DNA of 64,000 bases from Candidatus Scatosoma sp. (GCA_045533485.1 JAZSHX010000019.1:8300-72299); one strand, 5' to 3'. Shown: positions 17,555 through 27,251, numbered from the stretch's first letter. The notes: a model not told the origin generated them from the sequence alone. Made by a program: numbers and translations.

Positions 17555-17799
17555 CGGGTTGTACCCGACGGGAGTTTACAAATAGTAAACGAGCAAGGAG
17601 AACACCGATTTGGTGCAAAGACACGCCCTTTTATACACGTTTCGCCTGTAAAAAGCGATTTTGTATTCCGTTAAAACGGGGAGATACAAGCAAGACAAGG
17701 CAACCGCGGCTTTCCCGACGGGAGCGTACATAGACGTACGTGACCAAGGGAAAACGCAAGGTTAACGCTGTATTGCGAAGTATATACGCGTTTCGCCGT
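17555..17799. repeat. two tandem copies of a ~105-130-nt structured intergenic repeat (family R)
   Basis: 17555..17658 and 17672..17797 both align with 32333..32475. Shared blocks are AAGCAAGACAAGGCAACCGCGG.TTTCCCGACGGGAG, an inner 5-6-bp hairpin, and AAGGTTAACG..GTATTGCGAAG.ATATACGCGTTTCG. Confidence 0.8.
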
Positions 17800-19944
17800 T
17801 TAAGACAAAGAAGTAATGCGGTGGACTTCGTATATACGCTTATCCGCCTGCATCTTCTTGATAAGCATATCCACTTCGGCAATATCGGTAAGGGAGATGG
17901 ACGCTTCCAAAATCGCGTCGCGGTTTTTGTCAATTCTGCCGTTGACTGCGGTGATGGAAAGCTTCAATTCACTCACCACCGACGAAAGCACAGACAGCGC
18001 CGCGCCCTGTTCGGTTGCGCGAATAGAAATGTTGGCGTTGTAGCGTTGCTTCGTACCTGCCGCCACCTGCCACGTTGCAGGAAGCAATCGGCTTTTCTCT
18101 ACGCCCTTGACGTTGGGGCAATCGTGACGGTGAATAACCACACCGCGCCCACGCGACGTATAGCCAACCACTTCGTCCCCGGGCACGGGCGAACAGCAAC
18201 CGGCAAACCGCACCAGCATACCTGCTTGTCCGTTGACAAGGATACCGCCGGGGTTTTTATTTACGCCGCCTGCATGCACTTCAAACGCCATCGGTTTTTC
18301 CTTGCGGTAAAAATCAATCAGCTTGAAAATAATTTGGTTGACGGAGATAGAGCCGTAGCCCACAGCCGCGAACAATTCATCCGTTTCCCCAAAGGAAAAG
18401 CGTTCGGACAGCCGCTTAAAGCTTTCCGCCGTGAGCAAATTCGACAGTGTAAAACCGCGTTTCTTCGCTTCTTCGTCCAGCTTCAACTGGCCGATACGGA
18501 TATTTTCTTCTTTGAGTTCATTTTTATAAAATTGCTTAATTTTCGCTTTTGCGCTGGACGATTTGATAAATTTCAACCAGTCGCGCGAAGGGCCTTTGGA
18601 GTTGGGCGAAGTGATAATTTCCACCACGTCCCCTACCTGCAAAGTGGTCGTCAAAGGCACAATTTTGGAATTGACGCGCGCGCCCGTACAGCGATTGCCC
18701 ACTTCGGAGTGGATTGCGTACGCAAAATCAATCGGCGTCGCTTCGGGGGGCAGGGAAATAACCTTGCCGCGCGGCGTGAACACCAACAATTCGTGGCTGT
18801 ACAGCTCCACTTTGAGCGCGTCGATAAACTCACGCGAGTCCTTCAAATCACCTTCCCATTCCATCACTTCTCTAAGCCACGTCAAGCGTTTTTCAAAGTT
18901 GTTGGTGGTTTCTTCCGTTTTGCCTTCCTTATATTTCCAGTGTGCCGCGATACCGAATTCGGCAACCTTGTGCATCTCTTCGGTACGGATTTGAATTTCA
19001 AAGGGCTGGCCGAACGTCGTCATAACCGTCGTGTGCAACGACTGGTATTTGTTGGGCTTGGGGGTTGCGATATAATCCTTAATTCTGCCGGGAATAGGCT
19101 TCCATTTTTCGTGGATAGCGCCAAGCACGGTGTAGCAAGCGCGCACGTCGGAAACGATAACGCGCACTGCCGTTAAGTCGTAAATTTGGTCAAGGGTTTT
19201 GCCCTTGTTCTTCATCTTTTTATAAATAGAATAGAAATGCTTGGGGCGACCGAACACTTCCCCCGTTACGTCCCCTTCCTGCATCAAAAGCTTGATTTCT
19301 TCGACGATACGGCTGACAAATTCCTTGCGTTCGGACAGCCGTTCGCGAATATTATACACCAGATCTTCATACGCTTCGGGATCTAAATATTTCAAGCACA
19401 AATCTTCTAATTCGCACTTGATTTGTGAAATACCCAAACGACCTGCAAGGGGCGCGTAGATGTCCAGCGTTTCGCCTGCCATACGCTGCTGGCGTTCGTA
19501 CGAAAGGAAATTGAGCGAACGCATATTGTGCAATCTGTCCGCAAGTTTAATGATGATAACGCGCACGTCTTTCGCCATTGCAACGAAAATTTTACGGAAA
19601 TTTTCCGCATCCGCATCTTCTTGCGATTTAAATTCGATTTTTTCCAGCTTGGTAACGCCGCTGACAAGCCCCAACACTTCTTCGCCGAATTCACGCTGAA
19701 TATCTTCCGCCGTAGCGGGCGTGTCTTCAATAACGTCGTGCAAAAGCGCCGCCGCCACCGTCGCCGCGTCCAAACCTAAATCCATCAAAATTTCCGCCAC
19801 TGCGCACGGGTGAATAAAATACGGTTCACCGCTGGCACGTTTTTGACCGCTATGCGCATTTTCGGCGTAATTATACGCACGGATAAGCATTTCTTCATCC
19901 GCAAGCGCGTACAATTCTTGAATTTTGCTAAGCGTCGTTTGCAT
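17800..19944 (-). CDS. relA: bifunctional (p)ppGpp synthetase/hydrolase RelA/SpoT (Rel)
   Basis: 714 aa. HD hydrolase motif (LLHDVIEDT), RelA/SpoT synthetase domain, and TGS and ACT regions. Confidence 0.95.
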   Translation of the reverse strand: MQTTLSKIQELYALADEEMLIRAYNYAENAHSGQKRASGEPYFIHPCAVAEILMDLGLDAATVAAALLHDVIEDTPATAEDIQREFGEEVLGLVSGVTKLEKIEFKSQEDADAENFRKIFVAMAKDVRVIIIKLADRLHNMRSLNFLSYERQQRMAGETLDIYAPLAGRLGISQIKCELEDLCLKYLDPEAYEDLVYNIRERLSERKEFVSRIVEEIKLLMQEGDVTGEVFGRPKHFYSIYKKMKNKGKTLDQIYDLTAVRVIVSDVRACYTVLGAIHEKWKPIPGRIKDYIATPKPNKYQSLHTTVMTTFGQPFEIQIRTEEMHKVAEFGIAAHWKYKEGKTEETTNNFEKRLTWLREVMEWEGDLKDSREFIDALKVELYSHELLVFTPRGKVISLPPEATPIDFAYAIHSEVGNRCTGARVNSKIVPLTTTLQVGDVVEIITSPNSKGPSRDWLKFIKSSSAKAKIKQFYKNELKEENIRIGQLKLDEEAKKRGFTLSNLLTAESFKRLSERFSFGETDELFAAVGYGSISVNQIIFKLIDFYRKEKPMAFEVHAGGVNKNPGGILVNGQAGMLVRFAGCCSPVPGDEVVGYTSRGRGVVIHRHDCPNVKGVEKSRLLPATWQVAAGTKQRYNANISIRATEQGAALSVLSSVVSELKLSITAVNGRIDKNRDAILEASISLTDIAEVDMLIKKMQADKRIYEVHRITSLS

Positions 19945-19977
19945 ATCTATCTTTTCCTTCGTTTATCGTTTCCTTGA

Positions 19978-22311
19978 TTATTCGTCCTGCGCGTTTTGCA
20001 AAGCGCAAACCTTGTTATAAACAGCCGAGTCGGTAAGCTCCGCTTTCACACCGCGGTATATCGTCAATTTTCCGTCTGTAAACGCCACCAGCCCCAGCTC
20101 CTTAAATACGGTTAAAGCAAAAATCAGCTGTATGGGCGTAAACCCAAACCCGTCCATAAGCGCCGCTATTTCTTCTATGCTGTTGCCGTACAAGGCGTTG
20201 ACTTCCTTGCGCAGCAATGCAAAAATATCCAGCATATACGCACGGGAAACGTCAATGTTTTCCAGCATTTTATAACCGCAAATATCGCCGTTGACCGTTA
20301 CGTTTTTATCACGCAGGAAAGGCAAATGAAAATCGGTCGGCGTATCCAAAAAGATAAAATCTCTAAATCCCGACAAATCCGCGTCGGGCGCAGGCGATAC
20401 GATTAAAGCGTTGGAAACGTCCCTTGACGACGGGTAAAACAAATCGCAGTTACACTCGTCCAGCTCCGGATAAAAACGTAGCGTACGTCTATCCGACGCA
20501 ATCATACAAAGCCCGTAGGAGCATTCCTTACGCTTTTGCGCAATAAGGGCTTTGATTTCTTCCGTCGTTTTTTGCTCACACGTAAGCGGTACGGCTTTTA
20601 AGGACAGCCGTTGCATTACGTTGGAGAAAATACGCTCTGCCGTTTTTCTGCCCGTTCTACCGTCGTATAGCAAATCGCGCACCAACCCTTTTACATATTC
20701 TCTGTTTTTATAGCGCGACGTGGTGATTTCAAAGACCATTTGCTTGCGCACGTCGCTTTCGATAATTTTCAAATTTTTCGCACCCGAAAAATAGGTAAGC
20801 TCGATACAATCGTTTTTTACAGACAAGTGCGGAGAACCGTTTTTAAGCGGTCGCGCCATACATGCCCCCATCGAAATACTAAAAAGCGGTCGCCTATTGC
20901 CTACGCCGTACGGTTCAAGTGCCATCAATTCTTTGGCGAATTTTTCCGACACGGGGCCCGTAATTTCCGCGCTGATTGCTATCGTTTGTTCAAAATCTTC
21001 ACGGGTATGCGTTCTGCCGATTTCCGCGTCCAGCGCACGCTCCAAAGCGTCGAATTTGTCCTGATGCACGTTGACGCCTGCCGCTTGCGCGTGACCGCCA
21101 AACTCTTCAATATACTGAGAACAGTTTTTCAGCGCCGTGAAAATGTTGATACAGTCAATACTGCGCGCGCTACCCTTTAACATCTCGCCGTTATGCACGA
21201 ACAAGAGCGTGGGACGGTTATATTCTTCCGCGATACGCGCCGCTACGATACCGATAAACCCTGCATTCCAGCTTTCGTCGGAAAGCATAATTACATTGCC
21301 GTACGCGCCTTTTTCAAGAATTTTGCGTTTTGCCGACGCGTATAAATCGTCACAGCATTTTTGGCGTTCGCCGTTATAGGCGCACAATTTCACGCACAAA
21401 TCGTACACTTCCGCGTCTTTTTCCACTGTGAATAGCTGAAACGCCGCCATCGCGTCGCCCATTCTGCCAGCCGCATTGATACGGGGCGCAAGCGTGAACG
21501 CAAGCGTTTGCGCGGAAATAGCGTCGTAGGTTTTCCCGATAAGCCCTGCAAAGCAAGGACGGATATGCCTATTCATAAGCGCAAGCCCTTCCGTAACGAT
21601 ATCGCGGTTTTCACCCACTAAGGGTACGCTGTCCGCAACGGTTGCAAGCGCCGCAAAATCCAAATATTCGTACGCCTTTTCGCCAAGTAGCGCGCACGCC
21701 ACCTTAAACGCAACCCCTGCGCCACAAAGATTGTCATAGGGATATTCGTCCTGCAATTTCGGGTTAATCACCACACAATCGGGTAAAATTTCCGGCAGCT
21801 CATGGTGGTCGGTTACAATTACGTCCGACCCAAGCTCATAGATATATTGCGCTTCTTTGGCGTTGGAAATACCGCAGTCCACCGTGATAAACAGTTCGGG
21901 GTTACACTCTTCAAAAATGCGGTCGATAAAATCTATCGAAAGCCCGTACCCATCTGTGCGTTCGGGAATATACACGTGCGCGTCAATACCAAACGCGCGC
22001 AAGGCGTGGTACATAATGGTACTCGCGCAAATGCCGTCCGCGTCATAATCGCCGAAAATAGCAACCGTTTTGCCTTCGTCGCGCGCTTGAGTAATTATTT
22101 CCACCGCTTGTTGCATACCTTGCATCAAGAAAGGGGAAAGGAAATTGTCTTTGGACGGGCGCATAAACCGACGAATTTTTTCCGCCGTATCGACGCCGCG
22201 CGCATATAAAATGCGCAACGTTTGTTCCGTCAAACCCGTCGCCATAGCCAGCTCGGAAATGATATGCAGTTGTTCCGCTGTAAAGCTATACGCTGAAACG
22301 AGTTTTTTCAT
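19978..22311 (-). CDS. recJ: single-stranded-DNA-specific exonuclease RecJ
   Basis: 777 aa. DHH family motifs (IFGDYDADGICAS, VTDHH) and a DHHA1 region (GGHAQAAG). Confidence 0.93.
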   Translation of the reverse strand: MKKLVSAYSFTAEQLHIISELAMATGLTEQTLRILYARGVDTAEKIRRFMRPSKDNFLSPFLMQGMQQAVEIITQARDEGKTVAIFGDYDADGICASTIMYHALRAFGIDAHVYIPERTDGYGLSIDFIDRIFEECNPELFITVDCGISNAKEAQYIYELGSDVIVTDHHELPEILPDCVVINPKLQDEYPYDNLCGAGVAFKVACALLGEKAYEYLDFAALATVADSVPLVGENRDIVTEGLALMNRHIRPCFAGLIGKTYDAISAQTLAFTLAPRINAAGRMGDAMAAFQLFTVEKDAEVYDLCVKLCAYNGERQKCCDDLYASAKRKILEKGAYGNVIMLSDESWNAGFIGIVAARIAEEYNRPTLLFVHNGEMLKGSARSIDCINIFTALKNCSQYIEEFGGHAQAAGVNVHQDKFDALERALDAEIGRTHTREDFEQTIAISAEITGPVSEKFAKELMALEPYGVGNRRPLFSISMGACMARPLKNGSPHLSVKNDCIELTYFSGAKNLKIIESDVRKQMVFEITTSRYKNREYVKGLVRDLLYDGRTGRKTAERIFSNVMQRLSLKAVPLTCEQKTTEEIKALIAQKRKECSYGLCMIASDRRTLRFYPELDECNCDLFYPSSRDVSNALIVSPAPDADLSGFRDFIFLDTPTDFHLPFLRDKNVTVNGDICGYKMLENIDVSRAYMLDIFALLRKEVNALYGNSIEEIAALMDGFGFTPIQLIFALTVFKELGLVAFTDGKLTIYRGVKAELTDSAVYNKVCALQNAQDE

Positions 22312-22422
22312 TAGAAATCCTTTTTATACACCCCTTTTGATAAGCCAAGTACGCAAATTAAACGGGCGGGATGCGGCATTATGCCACCCCCGCCCACTGT
22401 TTATGCTATTGATATCCCGATT

Positions 22423-23385
22423 TTATTCTTCATCGGTCGCTTTCTTTGCGCCGACGTAACCGGATTTGTTGCGCGATGCCGCAAGCTTTGCCTGTCTGTC
22501 AAGCAAGGGTAATTGCAATGCAGGTACGACAAAGAGCGTTACCGCCGCGCTTACCAACAAGCCGATCAAAGAGCAAAGCGCAAACCAACGCACCGCCCAC
22601 GTAGCAATCGCGCCAACCAAAACGAGCGCGCCGCCCAAAACCGCAACGGTTGCAAGCGTTTCTTTTTCCGCCACTGCGTTGACTACTTTTTCTTCTACGC
22701 CAGCGTCCGTTTCGTCCGCTACGAGCTTGTTTACGCCAAGAATGGCAAATACAGCCGCAAGCAAAGGCGCAACCGCGCAAGCATACAATACGGATGCCGT
22801 TACGGGAATGCGCACAAGCAAGATAAGCGCAACCGTCACCACCGCCGTAAGCAAAATACCGGAAACGGTCGTGATAGCATGCACCAAACCGCGGCGAATC
22901 CACGTATATGCGAATGCAAGAGCCGCGAACGCTACCACGGCAACTGCCGCGCGAACAATCGTCGCAGGCGCAATCACCGTTTGTACGGTTTCTTTTGCCG
23001 ATTCTATCATAATAAACGCGCCGTCGTAAGCTGCGTCCGCAAACGCCGTTTTCAATGCTTTCGTTGCTTCTTCTACGTTTGCGTCCTTATCCAACACGTA
23101 CATAAGTTCGCAATCGTCGCCGCTCATTTGGCTTTCGTATACGTATTTTACGTCCAAATCCTTGAACGCGTCTTCGCAAACTTCTTCCACTTTTTCACGC
23201 TTGCTTTCGTCACGGTAGTACACCGCGCTCATTTTCACGGTTACCGTCGTTTGGTCGCTCATACGCGTCGCCGCATTTACGCCGAAGATTGCCGTGAACA
23301 CCGTTGCAAGCGCAACAATAACCACCATTACAAGGCACAATAACGAAAGCTTTTTCGTCGTTTTAGTTAAAAGCTTATTCATCAT
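22423..23385 (-). CDS. secF: SecF-like protein-export membrane protein (divergent)
   Basis: ORF 22423..23394. One N-terminal TM, an extracytoplasmic domain, then about five TM helices as in SecD/SecF. Sits between a secD-like gene and recJ. Start probably ATG 23385 (GGGAGG 9 nt upstream). Canonical SecF motifs are weak. Confidence 0.65.
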   Translation of the reverse strand: MMNKLLTKTTKKLSLLCLVMVVIVALATVFTAIFGVNAATRMSDQTTVTVKMSAVYYRDESKREKVEEVCEDAFKDLDVKYVYESQMSGDDCELMYVLDKDANVEEATKALKTAFADAAYDGAFIMIESAKETVQTVIAPATIVRAAVAVVAFAALAFAYTWIRRGLVHAITTVSGILLTAVVTVALILLVRIPVTASVLYACAVAPLLAAVFAILGVNKLVADETDAGVEEKVVNAVAEKETLATVAVLGGALVLVGAIATWAVRWFALCSLIGLLVSAAVTLFVVPALQLPLLDRQAKLAASRNKSGYVGAKKATDEE

Positions 23386-24946
23386 CTTCGTCATCCTCCC
23401 TTACAAAGCGGAAATATTTATACTTATTCTTGCTAGCAGAAAGATAGGTGAAGTTGATGAAACGCGCCCACAACAGGTTGATAAACGCCGCCGTCGCCAC
23501 GCAAAGGATTGCTTGAAGAGCAAACGTATACACACCTGCCGCACCGATAAGAAGCGTAAGCGCTGCAAGCGCCGCCAAGGCATACACGTCCACCACCGTC
23601 CAAAGCGTTTTCTTGTAGCCGCCTTTCACAGAAGATTCCACCGTTTTACCTGCGTCGAATTCTGCCTTAATCGCTTTATAAACGTGATATTGCATTACGT
23701 TTACAAGCGCCATACCTGCAAGGAAGATAAGCACCGTACCCAGCGACACTTCAAACACGCCGCCCGTGATAAACGCAAAGCAAAGCGCCGTTACAATCAA
23801 GTAGGAAAGCGTTGCGTATGCGCTTACGCCGCCAAATCTGCCCATTTTCACGATAGGCAATACGAGCATTGCAAGAATTGCCACGCCAAGCGCGATATAC
23901 AAAAGCGTCAATGCGTTTTCGCTGTACAAAGGCGCGAACGTTCTCACTGCGCCAAGCTCAAACGTGATATCAAATTCGCCGCCAACAAGCGTGGATTCCA
24001 ACAAAATTTCAAAGGTTTCCACGTAATCTTTATGGATACCGTCTACGGGCATTACGCGCACGGTGTTGTTGTGCATAATGTTGTCCTTGTAAATGCTTGC
24101 GATTTTTTCTTCACCGTTCATAATATCCAGCGTTACCGCGGAAGAGCTGTCCGTTTGCGCATCCGACGAAGTCAATTCGTCCTTGATACCGTTGAGCATT
24201 TCTTTGCCGGCTTTGGTAAATTGAATTTCCAAATACGCCACTTTGCCCATATTCATGGTTTTTACGGACATTTTCTTGATCAAATCGCTTGCGTTTGCAT
24301 CCGTATCTTTCAATTCGTCAATCACTTCCCCGCCCTTTTGCAAAGAGAACGCACCCGTCTTTGCAAACGACGTCAAAACAGCGCTTGCCTTTTCGGTGTT
24401 TTCCGATCTGGGAAGCTCCACGCGGATTGCATACCCGTCCACTACCGCAACGCGGTAATCGGCGTACGCTTTCGCTTGATAACGGTCTTTGATTGCTTGT
24501 ACCGCGCTATCAAACGTTGTTTGGAAGTTGGGCGTTATCACCATAACGTCCTTGCCGTCTGCGTCCTTGTCGCTGACAACGATATTCAAAGCGTCGTCCG
24601 TGCTAAACCACAAGTTAGAACCTGCCACTTGCGCATACGCGCTTACATACTCGTCCAACTCGTTTTCTGCTTCTTCTTTTTCTTCGCCTTCTTCTGCCGA
24701 CGCTACCGCTTCCGTAAGTGCCGCGAAATCGCTTTCGTATTCACTTGCGGAAATTACTCCTTCCGGATAGTAATACACGTAGTAGCCGCCGCCAAGATCC
24801 GTGCTAAGGTCATACTGTTTCACTGCGGGATTCCACTTCTTTGCCGTACCGGGGATAACAAAGCTGGGGAACGCGGTGATAAAGCATAACACAGCGATTA
24901 CGATGGTAAGTAATGTCATAAGTACCACCGATTTCTTCTTGCCCAT
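23375..24946 (-). CDS. secD: SecD-like protein-export membrane protein (divergent)
   Basis: ORF 23375..25030. Start at ATG 24946 (AGGAGG upstream). N-terminal TM, DLSTDLGGG resembling the SecD LGLDL.GG motif, a large extracytoplasmic domain, and a C-terminal 6-TM block with the loop AIKAEFDAGKTVESSVKGGYKKT. Confidence 0.72.
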   Translation of the reverse strand: MGKKKSVVLMTLLTIVIAVLCFITAFPSFVIPGTAKKWNPAVKQYDLSTDLGGGYYVYYYPEGVISASEYESDFAALTEAVASAEEGEEKEEAENELDEYVSAYAQVAGSNLWFSTDDALNIVVSDKDADGKDVMVITPNFQTTFDSAVQAIKDRYQAKAYADYRVAVVDGYAIRVELPRSENTEKASAVLTSFAKTGAFSLQKGGEVIDELKDTDANASDLIKKMSVKTMNMGKVAYLEIQFTKAGKEMLNGIKDELTSSDAQTDSSSAVTLDIMNGEEKIASIYKDNIMHNNTVRVMPVDGIHKDYVETFEILLESTLVGGEFDITFELGAVRTFAPLYSENALTLLYIALGVAILAMLVLPIVKMGRFGGVSAYATLSYLIVTALCFAFITGGVFEVSLGTVLIFLAGMALVNVMQYHVYKAIKAEFDAGKTVESSVKGGYKKTLWTVVDVYALAALAALTLLIGAAGVYTFALQAILCVATAAFINLLWARFINFTYLSASKNKYKYFRFVREDDEDDE

Positions 24947-25118
24947 TTGGTGCCTCCTAATGTGTTTTCGGGGTATACCCCGATTGCAATAATACTTCTT
25001 TATTATAAACCTTTTTATCCGCGCAGTCAAGCTATAACAACGCGGATAAACAATTTTTTTGTTTGTTTTTTACGTTTTTGCCCGTTCGTTAACGGCAAAC
25101 GCGCTTTTATGCTTGTCC

Positions 25119-26444
25119 TTAACCCTTGAGCTTCTTAGTGGCTAAAATGTGCATAGCGCACTCCACGCGCTTTTTCATCATGGCGCAGGTCGTTTGATAG
25201 GGCTCGTCGATGTCGCCGTTGAAATGATAATTGTTTGCACTGCAACCGCCAGAACAAATGAATTTTGCAAAGCAATTTTCACATTTCTTTCTCGTAAACA
25301 AGCAGGAATTTTTGAATTTTTCACGAAGCTCGGGACGCGTAATGCCTTCCGTGACGCTGCCCATTTTGAAATTGCTGTCGCCGGCAAACTGATGACAGGG
25401 ATACAAATCGCCGTTGGGGGTTACGGAGAAATATTCGTTGCCTGCCCCACACGCGGAAACGCGCTTGGAAAGACAGGGTCCGCCTTCCAAATCAATGTTG
25501 AAATGGAAGAAATTGAAACCGTTGCCGTTGTTATGGCGCTCTAAATACGCTTCGCAAAGCGTTTCGTATTCCTTTTCGATTTCAGGCAAATGCTCGTCCT
25601 TAATTTGCAAATCGGGAATTTCCGTCACTACGGGTTCCATCGAAATGCTGTCTACGCCTTGATCGGCAATAAACAAAACGTCCTTGGAAAAATCCAAATT
25701 TTTCGCCGTAAACGTACCGCGCACATAGTAGCTTTTGTTTCCGCGAAGTTGAATAAATTTCTTAATTTTATCGATAATCAAATCAAACGTGCCCTTGCCG
25801 TTGATAGATTTGCGGATCGCGTCGTGCACTTCCTTTCTGCCGTCCAGCGAAAGCACCACGTTTTCCATTTCTTCGTTGAAAAAAGCAATCGTTTCGTCGT
25901 TTAAAAGCAGCGCGTTGGTCGTCGTGGTGAATAAGAACTTTTTGCCCGCTTTTGCGCCCTGCTCTTTGGCGTAATACACCGTTTGCTTCAAAACGTCCAA
26001 ATTCATAAGCGGTTCGCCGCCGAAAAAGTCCATTTCCAGCACCTTTCTGTTCCCAGAGTTGGCAATCAAGAAATCCACCGCCGCCTTTGCCGTTTCCAAG
26101 GACATACTTTCGCGTTTAGAGTGGTACGCCCCTTCGTCCGCAAAGCAATAACGGCAACGGAAATTGCAATCGTGGCAAATGTGAATACAAAGCGCCTTGA
26201 TTTCGCTGGACTTCATGGGATACGCTTTCACTTCGTCCTTGAAAAGCAAGCCCTGCTCTTGTAAAGCTTGACTGTCTTCTATCGCTTCTGCAATTTGTTC
26301 GTCCGTCAAATAGGTGATATCGATATCCGCGCCTTCGTGTTTGGCTTTCAAATAATCGGCAGTGGGTTTGTCGCATTCATGCAAAGCGCCGCTGCCTACG
26401 TCATAGATATAATTTTTGTTCCTGTAATTAAATACGTGTATCAT
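25119..26444 (-). CDS. scfB: radical SAM/SPASM thioether-forming SCIFF peptide maturase
   Basis: 441 aa. CxxxCxxC (CNFRCRYC) and C-terminal SPASM cysteine clusters (CGAGNEY..PC, CENC..CSGGC). Directly downstream of the SCIFF precursor gene. Confidence 0.9.
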   Translation of the reverse strand: MIHVFNYRNKNYIYDVGSGALHECDKPTADYLKAKHEGADIDITYLTDEQIAEAIEDSQALQEQGLLFKDEVKAYPMKSSEIKALCIHICHDCNFRCRYCFADEGAYHSKRESMSLETAKAAVDFLIANSGNRKVLEMDFFGGEPLMNLDVLKQTVYYAKEQGAKAGKKFLFTTTTNALLLNDETIAFFNEEMENVVLSLDGRKEVHDAIRKSINGKGTFDLIIDKIKKFIQLRGNKSYYVRGTFTAKNLDFSKDVLFIADQGVDSISMEPVVTEIPDLQIKDEHLPEIEKEYETLCEAYLERHNNGNGFNFFHFNIDLEGGPCLSKRVSACGAGNEYFSVTPNGDLYPCHQFAGDSNFKMGSVTEGITRPELREKFKNSCLFTRKKCENCFAKFICSGGCSANNYHFNGDIDEPYQTTCAMMKKRVECAMHILATKKLKG

Positions 26445-26510
26445 AATGCTCGTTCCGGATTTTTACTTCTGCGTACGCGCGCGCATTATGCGCATACGGG
26501 CGCACGCGGC

Positions 26511-26540
26511 AAAAAAAGGCGCGGAAAAGTTCGCGCCGTC
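26511..26540 (-). terminator. intra-operon terminator/attenuator between scfA and scfB
   Basis: GGCGCG / CGCGCC stem followed by TTTTTTT on the minus strand, about 30 nt after the scfA stop. Confidence 0.7.
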
Positions 26541-26570
26541 TTTTGCGGTTTTCGACAGTTGGTCGAAGGA

Positions 26571-26723
26571 TTATTTACGTTCGATTTTTTCTTCGCGCGT
26601 AATTCTTTCGCAGGATTGATTACCTACCGTGCAGCTGGTTTTGCAAGCCGATTGACAGGTGCTTCTGCATTCGCCGCAAGCGGTCACTTTCTTATCTGCG
26701 GGTTTCGCGATGGTCTTAATCAT
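26571..26723 (-). CDS. scfA: SCIFF (six cysteines in forty-five residues) ranthipeptide precursor, 50 aa
   Basis: Hand translation gives MIKTIAKPADKKVTACGECRSTCQSACKTSCTVGNQSCERITREEKIERK. The block CGEC.(S/T)(T/S)CQSACKTSCTVGNQSCE is the SCIFF signature. GGAGG ribosome-binding site. Absent from the ORF track (<60 aa). Confidence 0.92.
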   Translation of the reverse strand: MIKTIAKPADKKVTACGECRSTCQSACKTSCTVGNQSCERITREEKIERK

Positions 26724-26757
26724 AACAGTCCTCCGTGTTTTTGGATTTTATGTTACT

Positions 26758-26786
26758 ATTATAATACACTTTTTATGAAATTGCAA
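26758..26786 (-). promoter_or_regulatory. sigma-A type promoter for scfA (TTGCAA-17-TATAAT)
   Basis: Minus-strand TTGCAA (26781..26786), 17-nt spacer, TATAAT (26758..26763), about 35 nt upstream of the scfA ATG. Confidence 0.55.
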
Positions 26787-26819
26787 GCGCTTTACGGCAG
26801 TTTTTTCGTTTTTTCGCGT

Positions 26820-27200
26820 TCAATCGCGTTTTATATTGACGGCAAGCGCGCCAAACACGCCGCCCGTGAGCATCGCCAAGCCAAATTCGGCAAAAATCAA
26901 CCACGTAAGCGAAAAGACGCCGCCCAGTGCGGAAAAGGTCAAAAAGGACAGCGCCGTGAACAACGCGCCTATACCAAGCCCTTGTAACCAGCCCTTTTCG
27001 CCGCGCACGCATAAAAACGCGCCCAACGCCACCGACAGCACTTTAATGGTTTGATTGACGGGGCGCACCCACTTATCGGGCACTGCCGTCGCCGTTTTAA
27101 TGCTTGCAAAAATAATTACTGCCAAAAGAGAAAAGGACAAAGCCAAGCCCACGCCTTTGGCGATTTGGAAAAATACGTTACCCGTTCGTTCGTTTTGCAT
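26820..27200 (-). CDS. small integral membrane protein (TIGR04086/YrzE-like candidate)
   Basis: 126 aa with four hydrophobic helices. Occupies the slot between yajC and SCIFF that this family takes in many Clostridia (recalled from memory, not searched). Confidence 0.6.
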   Translation of the reverse strand: MQNERTGNVFFQIAKGVGLALSFSLLAVIIFASIKTATAVPDKWVRPVNQTIKVLSVALGAFLCVRGEKGWLQGLGIGALFTALSFLTFSALGGVFSLTWLIFAEFGLAMLTGGVFGALAVNIKRD

Positions 27201-27251
27201 AAAAAATACCTCCGCATTATCGTATGCGAAGGCATTTTCGTTTAGACCTTT

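Noticed and set aside
17740-19176. 478-aa plus-strand ORF antisense to relA, and similar long antisense ORFs at 23294..24889, 38485..39783, 32506..33618 and 53555..54520
   Set aside because: All lie opposite genes with clear family motifs. All have Arg/Phe/His-rich compositions typical of antisense frames, and none has a plausible SD.
26268-26987. 239-aa plus-strand ORF spanning scfB 5' end, scfA and the membrane-protein gene
   Set aside because: It runs antisense across three well-supported minus-strand genes and their promoter, with an R/F-rich translation.
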